Below are positions 12,480 through 24,101 of a stretch of DNA of 64,000 bases, piece by piece. The notes under the pieces were generated by a model. The model was not told where the DNA came from and did not search any database. It was given only the letters and a program-made list of their open reading frames with translations. Source of the DNA: Felis catus. Taxonomy: Eukaryota. Position 1 is the stretch's first letter. The number at the start of each line of letters is the position of its first letter. Where the stretch lies: positions 220,288,001 through 220,352,000 of the forward strand of contig NC_058368.1 in assembly GCF_018350175.1 (NCBI RefSeq). Direction: 5' to 3'. Made by a program: the position numbers and the translations under genes.

Positions 12480-12872
12480 AAACATTATAACTCTCAACAT
12501 TCCTTGAAGCTAAGCATACCCAAGTGTCCCAGTTATAGCCAATAGATAGAAGTTGTGTCATATGGCAGGTTCCAAGAATCTTAAGAGACAACTTAAATAT
12601 GTATCTTCTACTTCTTTTTATGATTGTACGTAGAATGTGTATGTGGTTGCAGTCTCGTCCTGAATTATATTACAAAGAAAAAGCAGAAACTTGGGGATGT
12701 TTCAGTCCCTCAGGACTCTGTAGAGCAGAGCTACCAGAACAGTCTCAGAGATCCTCCCTCTATTTTTCAACATGAAAAACAATTTAAAACAACAAAACAA
12801 AACAAAACAAAACTAATCCTATGTTACTTTGATGTCTGCTTCTCATGAGCAAAGCTGATTCCAAATGATGTA
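12480..12872 (+). mobile_element. Very old MaLR LTR remnant (MLT1I/J-like)
   Basis: ccttgaagctaag..ccagttatagccaatagat..gtagagcagagctacca motifs. Weak similarity only. Confidence 0.35.
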
Positions 12873-14043
12873 GTTATTTAAATCTTTCTGGTCTAGCTTA
12901 AACATTTTAAAAATGTACTTATTTCTTCACTTGGCTATTTTGAAAACAAGGAGGATAATGCCGAAAAAGTATGTTGTAAAATGTGAAATTTCCTAGAAGA
13001 ACATGAGGGGCTTCTATAATGGCATATAACCTCATCTAGATTCTTTTTCAAACTCTGAGTGCATCCATTGGCTAGCGAGGGAAGGTATATGGAACCAACC
13101 TGTATTAGTGAAGAGGTCTGTGTGTAACATTGTACAGGGAGCAATCAGAGTGCAATTATCAGGACACCAGCGGTGCTGTTAAGAATGCAGAGCAGGTACT
13201 TGACTATCCTAATGGAGGAATTTTGTGATAATTAAGCTTGTGAAGGAGGTTACCAGCAGTATTCCTTGTATACAAGAATTTCCCTTGAATGTATTGATAC
13301 AAATATATGTTGATTTCACAACTACATGTAAGCTGATAAACTTTGCTTAAAAAATATCATTCACCTGTGGGTATTTGTACCACAATAGATGATCTATAGC
13401 TTCATTTGTACACAGGATTCCTCTTTGCTTTCCTTGTATACTGAACATATCACAAGTGGAGTGTACCATACCTAAAGTCTTTCTCTCACAGAAGTCCTTT
13501 TCTCATGTGCTGGAGTCCCAAGAAGTAACATAAGGTCAGTTACTGACTGAATGAAGATGAACAAATGAACAATGGGGCCAAGAAAATCACAAGGTGGTCT
13601 GGATTAAATTGGTCCATCTAAGAGGGATGATGGTAATTAGTTCGGCTAATGAAATTAACTTTCTCTTTAATTAGGAAGGAAGATGAATTGCCTATTTGAA
13701 ATAAGTGAATAGCCTATTTGAAATAGTAAAGTCATCTACAGAGAAACAGAGATGCTGAGTGAGAGAGAAAGAAACACTAGGGACTTCTGAGAGTTGGTTA
13801 AGATCCCATATGACTTTCCATTCTCAAAACAAATCCTGTATCCTTATGTAGATGTTTTTTTTTTCCTAAAATATTTACTTTCCTTAAAACTAATGAAAAC
13901 ACAGAAAAGCTGCTGTACATAAGGGGGACTTAATAGAATGGTTATGGTAAATAAACATGGACCTTGTTTGCTATGGCTTCAAGATGGGGTATGACAGATC
14001 CTCATCCTTATCCTTGAATGGAAAGCTAACTATAGTTTATATT

Positions 14044-14254
14044 TTTTTAATTTTTTTTATTTTACTTTTGAGAGAGAGAGAGACAGAGCGTGAGCAGGGG
14101 AGGAGGAGAGAGAGTGGGAGACACAGAATCTGAAGCAGGTTCCAGGCTGCAAGCTGTCAGCCCAGAGCCCGACGTGGGGCTCGAACTCACGATCCATGAG
14201 ATCATGACCTGAGCCGAAGTCAGACGCTTAACCGACTGAGCCACCCAGGTGCCT
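14044..14254 (-). mobile_element. CAN-SINE
   Basis: TSD ctatagtttatatt at 14030-14043 and 14255-14268. Confidence 0.95.
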
Positions 14255-14759
14255 CTATAGTTTATATTGATGATGTTTATCACTTGGGTCCAGAAAATCA
14301 GCCTATTGAGAGTGGAAACAGAAAATTTTTTCACTACTTCTCATAAACACTAAAAGAACAGGGATTAAAAATATAATGAGTTATGACTACTTTTCCAAGC
14401 ATAAGAAATGAAGAAACTTTGCAAAACAGCTTGCTTGCCTAGGATCACATAGGGACATTCAGTGATACTTTGTGACATACCAGTGCTCTTTTCTGTGGCC
14501 TCATCTAGTAACCTGATAATGATACTCAATGTCCAGACATTTTCTGTGGTCATCACCATTCTTGCCACTGTCTACCTTTGTGATACAGGCCTATTCAGTG
14601 TGAGGCACTTGACAGTGCCTCATAGGAGAAATTTCTCATAGGAGAAATTCTGACGTAATCCTTCTGTCAGAGAGCAAAATTAGATCTCTCCTGGACCTCA
14701 GGCATTTCTTTGAGCAAAAAAGTTTTGAAAATACATTTTTATAATTTTTTTTTTTGGTT

Positions 14760-15520
14760 ATAGCTTTCTTCCAAGTCTTCCATTTAAACCTCTGAAGATG
14801 ATCTCTGTAGATAATCTAATTCACAAGATTTCGCAAGATATTCTCCCTTCTTCTGTATGGACAAATAAGAATGGGGCAATGTATATTTTGTCCACAGACA
14901 TGTAGCATCAATGTGAGATGTCATGCACCAATTTCTACTGGCGATATTTCTTCTGGTTTCTCCTCTTTCTTCAAATGCCTTCAGTTTCTCCATCTGGCCC
15001 TGGAGTTTATTGGTGTTTATTTGTAGGAATTGAGTTGTTTGAGAAAGACTAAGAACATTCTGTTGTGAGAAATTCCTACCAGCCAACTAGTTTTGGATTT
15101 GTTTCTTCCCACTACCTTGCTAGGACATCCAGTTGCTGATAAAACAGCATGTGGTTCATACATCTGCTAAAGAAGTTCCACCTACTTAGTCAATTACTCA
15201 GTTTCCTATAAGTATTCCTGATTGGTTGTTGACTCTTAAAGCAATTCTGCGTTTCTATGTTTAATTCAGTATGTGTTTATAAGCTTAATAGCAACCTGGA
15301 GACCGGTGTTGGAGATGTTCCGGTCACACCAGTGTTTGTCCTCCAGCTCCTATTCATCCACCAAGTCCACTAGCCTTGCAGCTATATGTTCTAAGGCAGC
15401 GGAACGTGCCATGTTCTGCCACAGTGGCTGCCCCATGCTCTTCCCCAACTCTTTAGTGCTCAGGAGACCCCCTCTCTCCCCAGGCTCAAGCTCCTCATCT
15501 CCTGCCTCAGGCTGGAGCTT
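14760..15520 (-). pseudogene. CDR2: Ancient processed pseudogene (retrocopy) of CDR2, cerebellar degeneration-related protein 2
   Basis: Minus-strand translation across frameshifts gives LVDE*ELEDKHWCD..LQVAIKL..RNAEL..TTNQEYL*ETE*LTK*VELL*QMYEPHA..YQQLDVLAR*WEETNPKLV..SQQNVLSLSQTTQFLQINTNKLQGQMEKLK. Recalled CDR2 reads LVEEFEMKEDEPWYD..LQLAAEL..RNTEL..TTNQEQLQEIEYLTKQVELLRQMNEQHA..YEQLDVTARELEETNQKLV..SQQKILSLTETIECLQTNIDHLQSQVEELK. The match is colinear with no introns and many stops. The start codon appears mutated (AGG at 15376-15374), with a GC-richer presumed 5'UTR to about 15520. The 3' boundary is uncertain and may extend to about 14420. Confidence 0.88.
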
Positions 15521-16751
15521 AACCAATTGCAACTATTTTTGCCAACCACCTACCACGATCAGATTAGAAAACACAAAACAAAACTTAATTGTACCAGAAA
15601 AATTACAGAATGATCTGAATGCTCGAAATTTAGGACAATGAGCTGGGTCACCTTGAGAAGTAATTGAGATCACTGAGTCTTGTAAGGCAGAAGCTCTTAT
15701 GTGTCACTCTTGCCACTGTCTCCAGCTGGGTGGGGAATATAAGTGATGGCCCTTTTGAGAGAATAGATGTTTGCTGTCCCTTTCTCCATAATCCCCTTGC
15801 TGATATAGTCTGTCTCATAAACTTTCTGCTTATTCTACACACCAAATTGCCGATTACCAACTGACTTTCATAAGAAAATTTACAATTGAGGTTTGGCAGA
15901 CTTCCATAGCAAATAATAAATTTATACTTTGATGCATGTTAGATTGCTCCTTTTTTCATAGAACCATCTCTAAAAATTCACGAAGCAGTGAAGGAAAGTG
16001 ATTTGCAGGAATCCCTGTTTTCTTGACTTTATTGGTGTCAAATCGCACTAAAAATTCACCACGGTTTGTAATCTATTGTATAGTCTCATGAGAAGAGTCA
16101 GAGGGACAGTTTGATGGTTAGAATTCAAAAAACAGGCATTTTTGTGACTAAGAAATGGCTCTCAATGCAGAAACCAGGGAGGAGAGGCCTAGTTTTGATG
16201 GAAATGAAGTCTTCCTTGTTTTGTTTTAGCCTCCGCGGAGACCTTAAATTTCTAGTGCAACACGCTTCTTGTGAACTTCAGAATGAACAATTTTGCTAGA
16301 GTCAGGAAAACCTTGTCTCAAACTTTTTTTTCCTTACAGCGATGAAAATAAGATAGTAAAACTAAAAATAATTTGAGATCTTGGTCCTTTAGATGGTTGG
16401 CAGCTGGAAAAATTCTCTGTGCCTATTTACCTCGATTTGAACAAAGTTTTGCTTGTTTTTCTCTCTAATCTGACTTTTATTTGGGTCTGAGGAAATGATA
16501 AGCTTCTGTAGATAAAGTCAGGTCAGAGAAAGGAGAAAAAGCAATGTGGCGGTAATGCGGAATTAACATGCAGTCGTGAAGGTTAATTAATATTCAGGGA
16601 ATTAAAAGCTGAGGGGAGGCAAGATTTTGTCAAACAGCATATGGCAAAAAGCCCTAGACATCCACTGACTCTTAAAGAGAGCATCCTGGGAATTCCATCA
16701 GCAACAGAATAAAGCTAAAGAAAGCTTCATTGTTTTACTAAACACGCATTT

Positions 16752-16754
<3 letters not shown>

Positions 16755-16817
<63 letters not shown>
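16755..16817. repeat. Poly-A run followed by (TA)n
   Basis: About 30 A followed directly by a TA dinucleotide run. Confidence 0.95.
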
Positions 16818-16819
<2 letters not shown>

Positions 16820-16826
16820 TTTAAGT

Positions 16827-17289
16827 CAGAGTTTCTCAACTTTGGTGTCATTGACATTTTGGATCAAATTATTTTTGTGTAGGGGCTGTTATGTGCATTT
16901 TGATGTTTATTTATTTATTTGTTTTTTGTTTGTTTTTTTTTTTTTTGAGAGAGAGAAACAGAGTGTGAGTGGGGGAGGGGCCGAGAGTGAGGGAGACACA
17001 GAATCTGAAATGGGCTCCAGGCTCTGAGCTGTCTGCACACAGCCTGAGGCAGGGCTCGAACTCAGGAACCATGAGACCATGACCTGAGGTGAAGTCAGAT
17101 ACTTAACCAGCTGAGCCACCCAGGCGCCCCTGTTATATGCCTTTCAAGATGTTTAGCGACATCACTGGCCTCTACCTGCTGTTTATCAACATCACCTTTC
17201 CTTATCCTCCTATGATGGAATAAAAAAATGACTTTAAACATTACCAAGTGTCCCTTTGAGGGCTAAATCTCCCTTGGATGAAAGCAGTG
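16827..17289 (+). mobile_element. MER20 (hAT-Charlie DNA transposon), split by a SINE
   Basis: cagagtttctcaactttgg..attgacattttgg..ggggctgt / gatgtttagcgacatcactggcctctacc..acattaccaagtgtccct..gaaagcagtg. Confidence 0.85.
16903..17130 (-). mobile_element. CAN-SINE inserted in MER20
   Basis: Full body with degenerate TSD tgttat(g/a)tgc(a/c)ttt on both sides. Confidence 0.95.
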
Positions 17290-17904
17290 GTAAAAATTAA
17301 ATATGTACGTATATATTTCTTTTTCTTTTTTTTTTTTTTTGAATTGGGCTTTTTCATATAGAGAATAACAGTAACCCTCAGGTTTCCGAAAATATGGAGA
17401 AAATCACTTGCCAATCCAACTGACCAGTCATTTTTATTTTTATGGCCTTTTGTGGAAGTATAATATACTTACAGAAAAGTATTCATATTTTCAATGTACA
17501 GTTTGATAAATTTCACACACTGAACACCTGGAAAACTTGCACCGAGATCAAGAAATAAACAGAACACACAAAGGAATTCTCCTTGTGTCCCCTTGCATCT
17601 ACTGCCTTACAAGGGTAACACCTGTCCTGACTTCTAATTGCCAGAGTGATTTTATCTACCTAGGTACTACTGTGAATGAAATCACATGATCAGTAGTCTT
17701 TTACATCTGGGTTTTTCTCCCTCAATAGTATTTTTATGTGATTTGTCCACATTGCTCCGTGTGGTTGTAGATTATTTTCATTAATGTTTGTGTCATATTC
17801 TGTAAATATAACTCAATTTGTTTATCTACGAAATGTAAATAAGCATTTGAGTAGTTTCATATTCTTGGACAATTGTGAATAAATCTGCTGTGGATACTTC
17901 TGTA

Positions 17905-17906
<2 letters not shown>

Positions 17907-17941
<35 letters not shown>
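17907..17941. repeat. (TG)n microsatellite
   Basis: Perfect TG run. Confidence 0.95.
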
Positions 17942-17944
<3 letters not shown>

Positions 17945-18103
17945 ATATGTGTTTGTTTGTCTTTGTTTTATTGTTTTTCATGTATAGTGCATGCCCAGGG
18001 TTAGAATTTTGGGGGGCAGAAGGGCAGGGGTAAGAGGCAGAAATGTATTTTTCCTTACCTATATTCAATACACCCAATACCATGCATTAAAAAGACCATC
18101 CTT

Positions 18104-18343
18104 GGGGCGCCTGGGTGGCTCAGTCGGTAAGCGTCCGAGTTCAGCTCAGGTCATGATTTCATGGTTAGTGAGTTCCAGCCCCACGTCAGGCTCTGTGCTG
18201 GCAGCTCAGAGCCTGGAGCCTGCTTCCGATTCTGTGTCTCCCTCTCTCTCTGCTCCTCCCCCCGCTCACACTCTGTCTCTCTCTCAAAAAGAAATAAACA
18301 TTAAAAAAATTTTTTTAAATAAATAAAATAAATAAATAAATAA
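18104..18343 (+). mobile_element. CAN-SINE
   Basis: Perfect 16-bp TSD taaaaagaccatcctt at 18088-18103 and 18344-18359. Confidence 0.97.
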
Positions 18344-18759
18344 TAAAAAGACCATCCTTTCCCCATTGTAATAGGCTGTTGTGTTTGTTATATATCAGGT
18401 AAGTATGCATATATTGGTCTATTTATGAACTTTAATTTTGTTCCATTACTCAGTTTGATATTTAATATGTTAGCCCTTTTGCTTTGTTCTTTTTTCAGAC
18501 TGCCTTGACCATTTTTTGCCTTTCAAATTACCATAAGAGCTACAGAATCAGCCTGTCATGTAGTGAAAGCTACATCATTTAATTTTGGCCTTTTTCTTCA
18601 ATTTAAATGTTTATGGCTATACATTTTTCTATAAGCACTCCTTTAGCTTTATCTTAAAATTTCTGTATAAATATCTTAATTATCATTCACTTCGAAAATA
18701 TGTTCTAATTTTTCATTTTATTTTTTTAGCCCATGGTTTATTTAAAATACGTATTTTGG

Positions 18760-18985
18760 GGGGCGCCTCGGTGGCTCAGTCGGTTAAGAGTACGACTTTA
18801 GCTCAGGTCATGATCTCACAGCTCATAAGTTCGAGCCCCTTGTCAGGCCCTATGCTGACAGCTCAACCTGGAGCCTGCTTCGGATTCTGTGTCTCCCTCT
18901 CTCTCTGCCCCTCCCCCACTCACATGCTGTCTCTCTCCCTGTCTCAAAAATAAACATTAAAAAAACATTTACAAATTTTTTTAAC
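18760..18985 (+). mobile_element. CAN-SINE
   Basis: Head ggggcgcctcggtggctcagtcggttaag and typical body. Confidence 0.95.
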
Positions 18986-19509
18986 TATGTATTTTTGAAT
19001 ATAGGCATTGTGCCTGCGATGCTATAAAATTAAATTATGGACTCAAACATTTGTCTTTAGATTCTTTTGATTTGTACAGAGTATATAATCACATAATTTG
19101 TTAAAAATGACAGTTTTAAACTCCTTTTCCCAATTCTTATGCCTTTTTCCCCCTTTTTATCCTTATCACAATGGCTAAGCCCTCCATTAGACAGCATGAG
19201 GATCAGATTATTTCCACCCTATCATACTTGGGACAGGATTAGAATGAGTGTCAGCCTTAGTAAAAATCCAGCTACCTCTGGCTTGTTCTGTTCTCTCCAG
19301 AATGTCACCTCCTAAGACTTTTCACTGTGAGTGCAAAGTTATCCTTCACCTTGACCATGAAGGGAGATCCAGCTCTGCACTTTATCATCCCCCATCATTA
19401 CTCCACTCCCCATTACATGCACTTCAAAATCCAAAAGTCTGGCGAAGAGCACAGAATCCAAATATTTGACTTTGCAATATGCACCAGCCTCAGCAGGTCT
19501 TTATTTTCT

Positions 19510-19734
19510 TTTTTTTTTAATGTTTTTTTAACGTTTATTTTTATTTTTGAGACAGAGAGAGACAGAGCATGAACAGAGGAGGAGCAGAGAGAGAGGAAGA
19601 CACAGAATCTGAAACAGGCTCCAGGCTCTGAGCTGTCAGCACAGAGCCCAACATGGGGCTCGAACTCAAGGACCGTGAGATCATGACCTGATCCGAAGTC
19701 GGAAGATTAACCGACCAAGCCACCCAGGAGCCCC
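19510..19734 (-). mobile_element. CAN-SINE
   Basis: Perfect 18-bp TSD agcaggtctttattttct at 19492-19509 and 19735-19752. Confidence 0.97.
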
Positions 19735-20239
19735 AGCAGGTCTTTATTTTCTAGGTGTCTACTGACTGCAGGAGATTTTATTGTGCCCTTTTGAAGCATT
19801 GGCCACTCTTGAGCCTTCTGTGTGTTCCAGAACTCAGGAAATTACCGTTGGTAATCCTTTTTGTCTGTGTGAAAGCTGTTGAGTTTTCCTTCAGCCCTGC
19901 TCTACATTTAGAGGTTTGTTGGTTTTTCTTTCCCCTGACAGTGGTTCTCTGCCTTGGCTAAGAGTTACTCAGCTTTCTCCCAGCTTTGACCAGTGTCCTA
20001 GTTTGGGGAAAAAAAAAAAAAAAACTAGCCAGCAGCACTGCACCCTATCTAGAAAAGTTCTTCTCTGTAGTTTTAGTCCAGCTGGTATTCATAACTTCTG
20101 AAGATCTGTTAAGTCCCAAAACAATATGTTTTTATTGCTTATCATGTATATGACATTTTTTCTCTGGTTCTTGCAGTAGCTTCTCACCACCTACTGGATC
20201 CTACTCGGTAGCACAGATCACCCAATTATTTTTCTTAAA

Positions 20240-20790
20240 TATTTTTGGGGGATAAAATTCACAGAACATAATTAACCATCTTAAAGAGTACAATTCAGTG
20301 GTATTTAGTATGTTTTGAATGTCATGCAATTACCACCTCTATCAAGTCCCAAAACATTTTTATCACCCCAAAACAAACCTCCTATTCTTTAACAAGTCAA
20401 CCCCCCTTTCCCCTTCCAGTCGGCACCAATCTACTTTTTGTCTTTATGAATTTACCTATTAAGGACATTTCATTTAAATGTAATCACACAGTAAGTGACT
20501 TTTCGTGCCTGGCTTTCTCATCTAGCCTAATGTTTTCAAGGTTTATCAATGTAACAAGTATTAGAACTTCATTCCTTTTGGAGCTGAATCCCATCGTATG
20601 TATTTGTCACGTTTTATTTATCTATTCTTCTGATGATGGGCATTTGGGTTGTTGGCACCTTTTGGCCAATGTAAATTGTGCTGCCGTGAGCATCTGTGTA
20701 CAGGTATTTGAGTACTTGTTTTCACTTCTTCTGTGTTCATATCTAGGAATGGAGTGGCTAGGTCACATGATAATCCTTTAACTTTTGAGG
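20240..20790 (-). mobile_element. L1MB-like 3' end
   Basis: gataaaattcaca..aaccatcttaaag.gtacaattcagtggtatttagta..aaaacatttttatcacccc..tgatgggcatttgggttg..ctaggaatggagtggctaggtca. Confidence 0.8.
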
Positions 20791-20819
20791 AGTCAATACT
20801 TCTATTTACATTTTTGGAG

Positions 20820-22580
20820 GAGAGAGTTGATTTAAAGTCTTTGTTTAGTAAGTTTATGGTCTATGTCTTCTCAGAGACAGTTTCCGTTCATTTCTCATGT
20901 GAATGGGCATTACTTTCGTATTTCTTCATATGTTTCCTTTTTTGCTGGTGTTGACAAAGCATGCAATTAAATACCACAACGTGGTTTGGTTTTTGCTTGC
21001 TCTGGGAAATAGTTGTTTGATTGTTTAGCGACTTTCATAAATTGTAGGGACTGTGGTATTTGTCATTATGTGGTCTCTAAAGTCTGTTTCTTTAAATTGT
21101 CACCAACTAGTATTGTCAAAGGCAAGTCTGATGTGCAGCCTCATTTCTTGAGTTCGGTCAAGAATGAATTCAGATCCAAACTTGGGCAAGCAGGGGTTTA
21201 ATAGCAGTTGCAGTGAAATTACCGTCTCAAATAGAAGAGCCAGCAGGTCCAGAGGTGGCAGCTTCCCGGGGAGTTGGAGGATGACAGAGTTGTCTTTTCT
21301 TTTTATGTTTGGATGGGTTATGAGTCATAGCTGTGGAGGTGTCTGACTAAGGTTGCAGCTAATCATCTAAGGGACCCCTCCTATAGTTTGGGAGGGGAGT
21401 TTTTGGCTTTACATGGTCCTTGTGGGAACTGTCTTGACAGCCATTCTCTGTGGGGTAGAGATGTAAATGTATGTATTATGTATGCACTGTAAATGTATTA
21501 TGATGAAGCTATAGGTTACTGTAGGGCAGCAGTCATAGGTCACGGAGCACAGCCCATGGGTCTGTCCTGGCTATTTGGAACTTGGCCTCAGCCCTGTTAT
21601 CAGGCAGAAAGCACTTGTTCCCTGCTCATATCTAGCTAACTCCCTACACTTGTGGATAGAGATTTCCTTGAATATCTCAAACAAAAAATAACAAATAAAA
21701 AATGAAAAAATAAAAACTCTCTCACATCTTTGCAGGTTGGCTCTGTGCTGGGACACTTTTTCAATGCTTAGCTAGGCTGTTTACAAATCTGCCTCAGCCT
21801 TTATTTCCTGCTTGTATTCAGCATAAAGATCAGCCACAGATGAAAAATTTAGTGTCTTCTCAGGGTTTTGTGTTTGTTGTGTTTTTTTTTCTTTTTTTTC
21901 TTTTTAGCATGCATCTTTTCCTGGGTTATACAAGGCTGTCTAAGTTCCCAGTATACAGCGGTGCTTTACAGGGCCCTAATTCTCCAAAGGATCTCTCTTC
22001 ACAGCTTTGCCTCCTAGGCTTCCAGTATATTTATTGTTTGCCTCAATTGTAATCTTTGCCCCAGGCAGCCACGGATTATTCTTTTGCTTTTCACTGTTTT
22101 TGAAGAATGCCCTGTGCATAGAAAGCTACTTTTCTACCCTGAGAGACTTCTAAGTTAGGTAAAACAAATGCAAGCTCTTTGCTTCAATCCTTCCAGCACT
22201 CCCCCAAACTGGTGAAAACACACACATTCAGTTCTTAGAAACCAAGGTCTGCTCTGTTCCCTCTGGAACCAGAGACCATGGTCCCACACAGGAAAAGCCG
22301 GCTGCTCTCTTTGATACCACGGCCAACCTGGGAGAAGGATAGGAATAAAGGTACGAAAACATGGTACAAAGCTTTCCTAAGATTTTTAAGTCAACTGATT
22401 TCTGATTCAGTACTTGCTTGGTTGCTGTAAACCTTTGACTGCTTTCCAAAGTTCTGACATTTTGAATCTGATAGTTTTTGTTCTGTTTTGTTTGTTTGTT
22501 TCTGGTTGAGGGAGGCATGGGGTGAGGAAGCATTTCTGTGGCGGGACAGGCTTTTAGAGCTACCACTTTGCCATCATTCA
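20820..22580 (-). mobile_element. Old L1M 5'-region remnant, split by an ERV1 LTR
   Basis: agttgatttaaagtcttgtttagtaag.., ttgcaggttggctctgtg..tttacaaatctgcctcagccttta.., tgcttggttgctgtaaacctttgactgctttccaaagttctgaca resemble recalled L1MC/MD 5' ends. Confidence 0.55.
21114..21648 (-). mobile_element. ERV1-class solo LTR
   Basis: About 535 bp bounded by TG...CA. The reverse strand starts tgtagggagttagctagatatgagcaggg (MER50-like start). The host L1 sequence resumes after 21648. Confidence 0.6.
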
Positions 22581-23564
22581 CCGATGTTATTAATACCCTC
22601 CCTATTCTCACTTATCCCATCCTTGCCCCCAGTTAAAAGCTTTCATCTGGGAAAGCTTCCATTAACTTCTTTTGGAACACTACCCAGAGCTGAAGACACA
22701 CACACATATACATGGACATATACATGTATACTATATATGACAGGTAATAGCAAAGAGAAATGGTACATGCTATCTTACCAAATGTGTCTTGAAATTTTCC
22801 CAAGTGACATGCTATCCAGAGTTCTTTTATTTACTCTATTATTTGCAACTTTAGAAACTGGCACATGAGAAGACTTAATTTATAATGTCTTCAGCAATTC
22901 CATCCGACTCTATGTACATGGTCTCTGAGTTCCTAAAGGAGCTTTGAGTGTCAAAGCTGTAGACATCAAAGAAGAAACCCAGAGTCACTCCTTCCTTCCT
23001 TTGTAGAAAAACAAGAGGTTAATCTGCTGAGTCCAGTAAGATGCAAAATGGTACATTTCAATTTATTTAGGATTTTTCCAAAAATAGAAGAAAATTTCAC
23101 ATTGATTTAGACATCGCTATGTGAACTTTAACAATGAGAGGGAATTTATATTTAATCTGGAATATAGCTCAATGTATTATCTAGGCTTCACTCTCACCTA
23201 GGGATCTCTGCAATCTTTCTGTCTTAATATAAGTCTCTACTATGAGTGGTTAAATTGTTCAATGTGCCAGAGCATAATGTAAGGAAAGAAGCAGAAAAAA
23301 ACTCTTCATGATATGGATATACACCAAATTTTGTCTGTGTATGTCTAATTTAGTGGCATCTACACAGAAAGTCTTATATAAACCAACATTTTAGGGAAAA
23401 ATCAATGCAAAAATGTCCGTAATTAGTTTGGTAGCTTCTTTGCATGATATAAAAATGCAAACCTAAATTTTAGCAAAACTGATGAATTATTGCAAATTCA
23501 GTATTCAAAAGGTAGAAGTTACATTTTAGACTGTAATATTGGAGTGTAGAGAAATAAAGTTCTT

Positions 23565-23793
23565 GGGGCGTTTGGGTGGCTCAGTTGGTTAAGCAACCAA
23601 CTTCGGCTCCTGTCATGATCTCACGGTTCGTGGGTTCAAGCCCCACGTCAGGCTCTGTGCTGACAGCTCAGAGCCTGGAGCCTGCTTTGAATTCTTTGTC
23701 TCCCTCTTTCATTACCCCTCCCTAGCTCATTCTCTCTGTCTCTCTCTCTGTCTCTCTCTCAAGAATAAATAAACGTTAAAAAAATTTAAAAAA
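23565..23793 (+). mobile_element. CAN-SINE
   Basis: Head ggggcgtttgggtggctcagttggttaag, typical body and tail. Confidence 0.95.
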
Positions 23794-24101
23794 GAAACCT
23801 TGTTAATTGCTCTTGGTCACTATAATGTGAATACACAGTAATAAGAAAACATTCAGTTTTACATCAGTTTGGCAGAGAATAAAATGACATTTGTCTATTT
23901 TTGTCCATAGAGAGCCACAAATTCATAAGCTTTATTTGCTTTCTGATAATAATAAAATTAAAGACTTAAATTGTCTTCAACTTTTGGACTTAGAGACCAT
24001 GCCCTTGAAGCAACACTATAATCTGAAGCTGGGTACAGCCTAGAAAAAGGATGCCTTCAGAATATTTTCAGAAGCAGATTTAATATTGTTATGATCACAC
24101 T

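Larger units (their letters stand above)
17430..18740 (-). mobile_element. Old L1 (L1MD/ME-like) 3' end and ORF2 fragments
   Basis: gaagtataatatac.tacagaaaagt..aatgtacagtttgataaatttcacac.., later tttccccattg..ttgttatatatc..ttttgttccatt. Confidence 0.6.

Noticed and set aside
14985..15010. TPGPDG motif on the minus strand resembling L1 ORF2 (SPGPDG)
   Set aside because: The adjacent frame (NKLQGQMEKLK) belongs to the long colinear CDR2 match, and the flanks have no L1 similarity.
14784..15086. 100-aa minus-strand ORF as a possible functional CDR2-derived retrogene
   Set aside because: It has no true ATG start, covers only a fragment, and the upstream CDR2-like frame contains many stops and frameshifts.
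18104..18190. tRNA-like A-box/B-box sequence (gtggctcagtcggt..gagttccagccc) here and in other SINE heads
   Set aside because: This is the tRNA-derived head of CAN-SINEs and continues into the SINE body and tail. It is not a tRNA gene.
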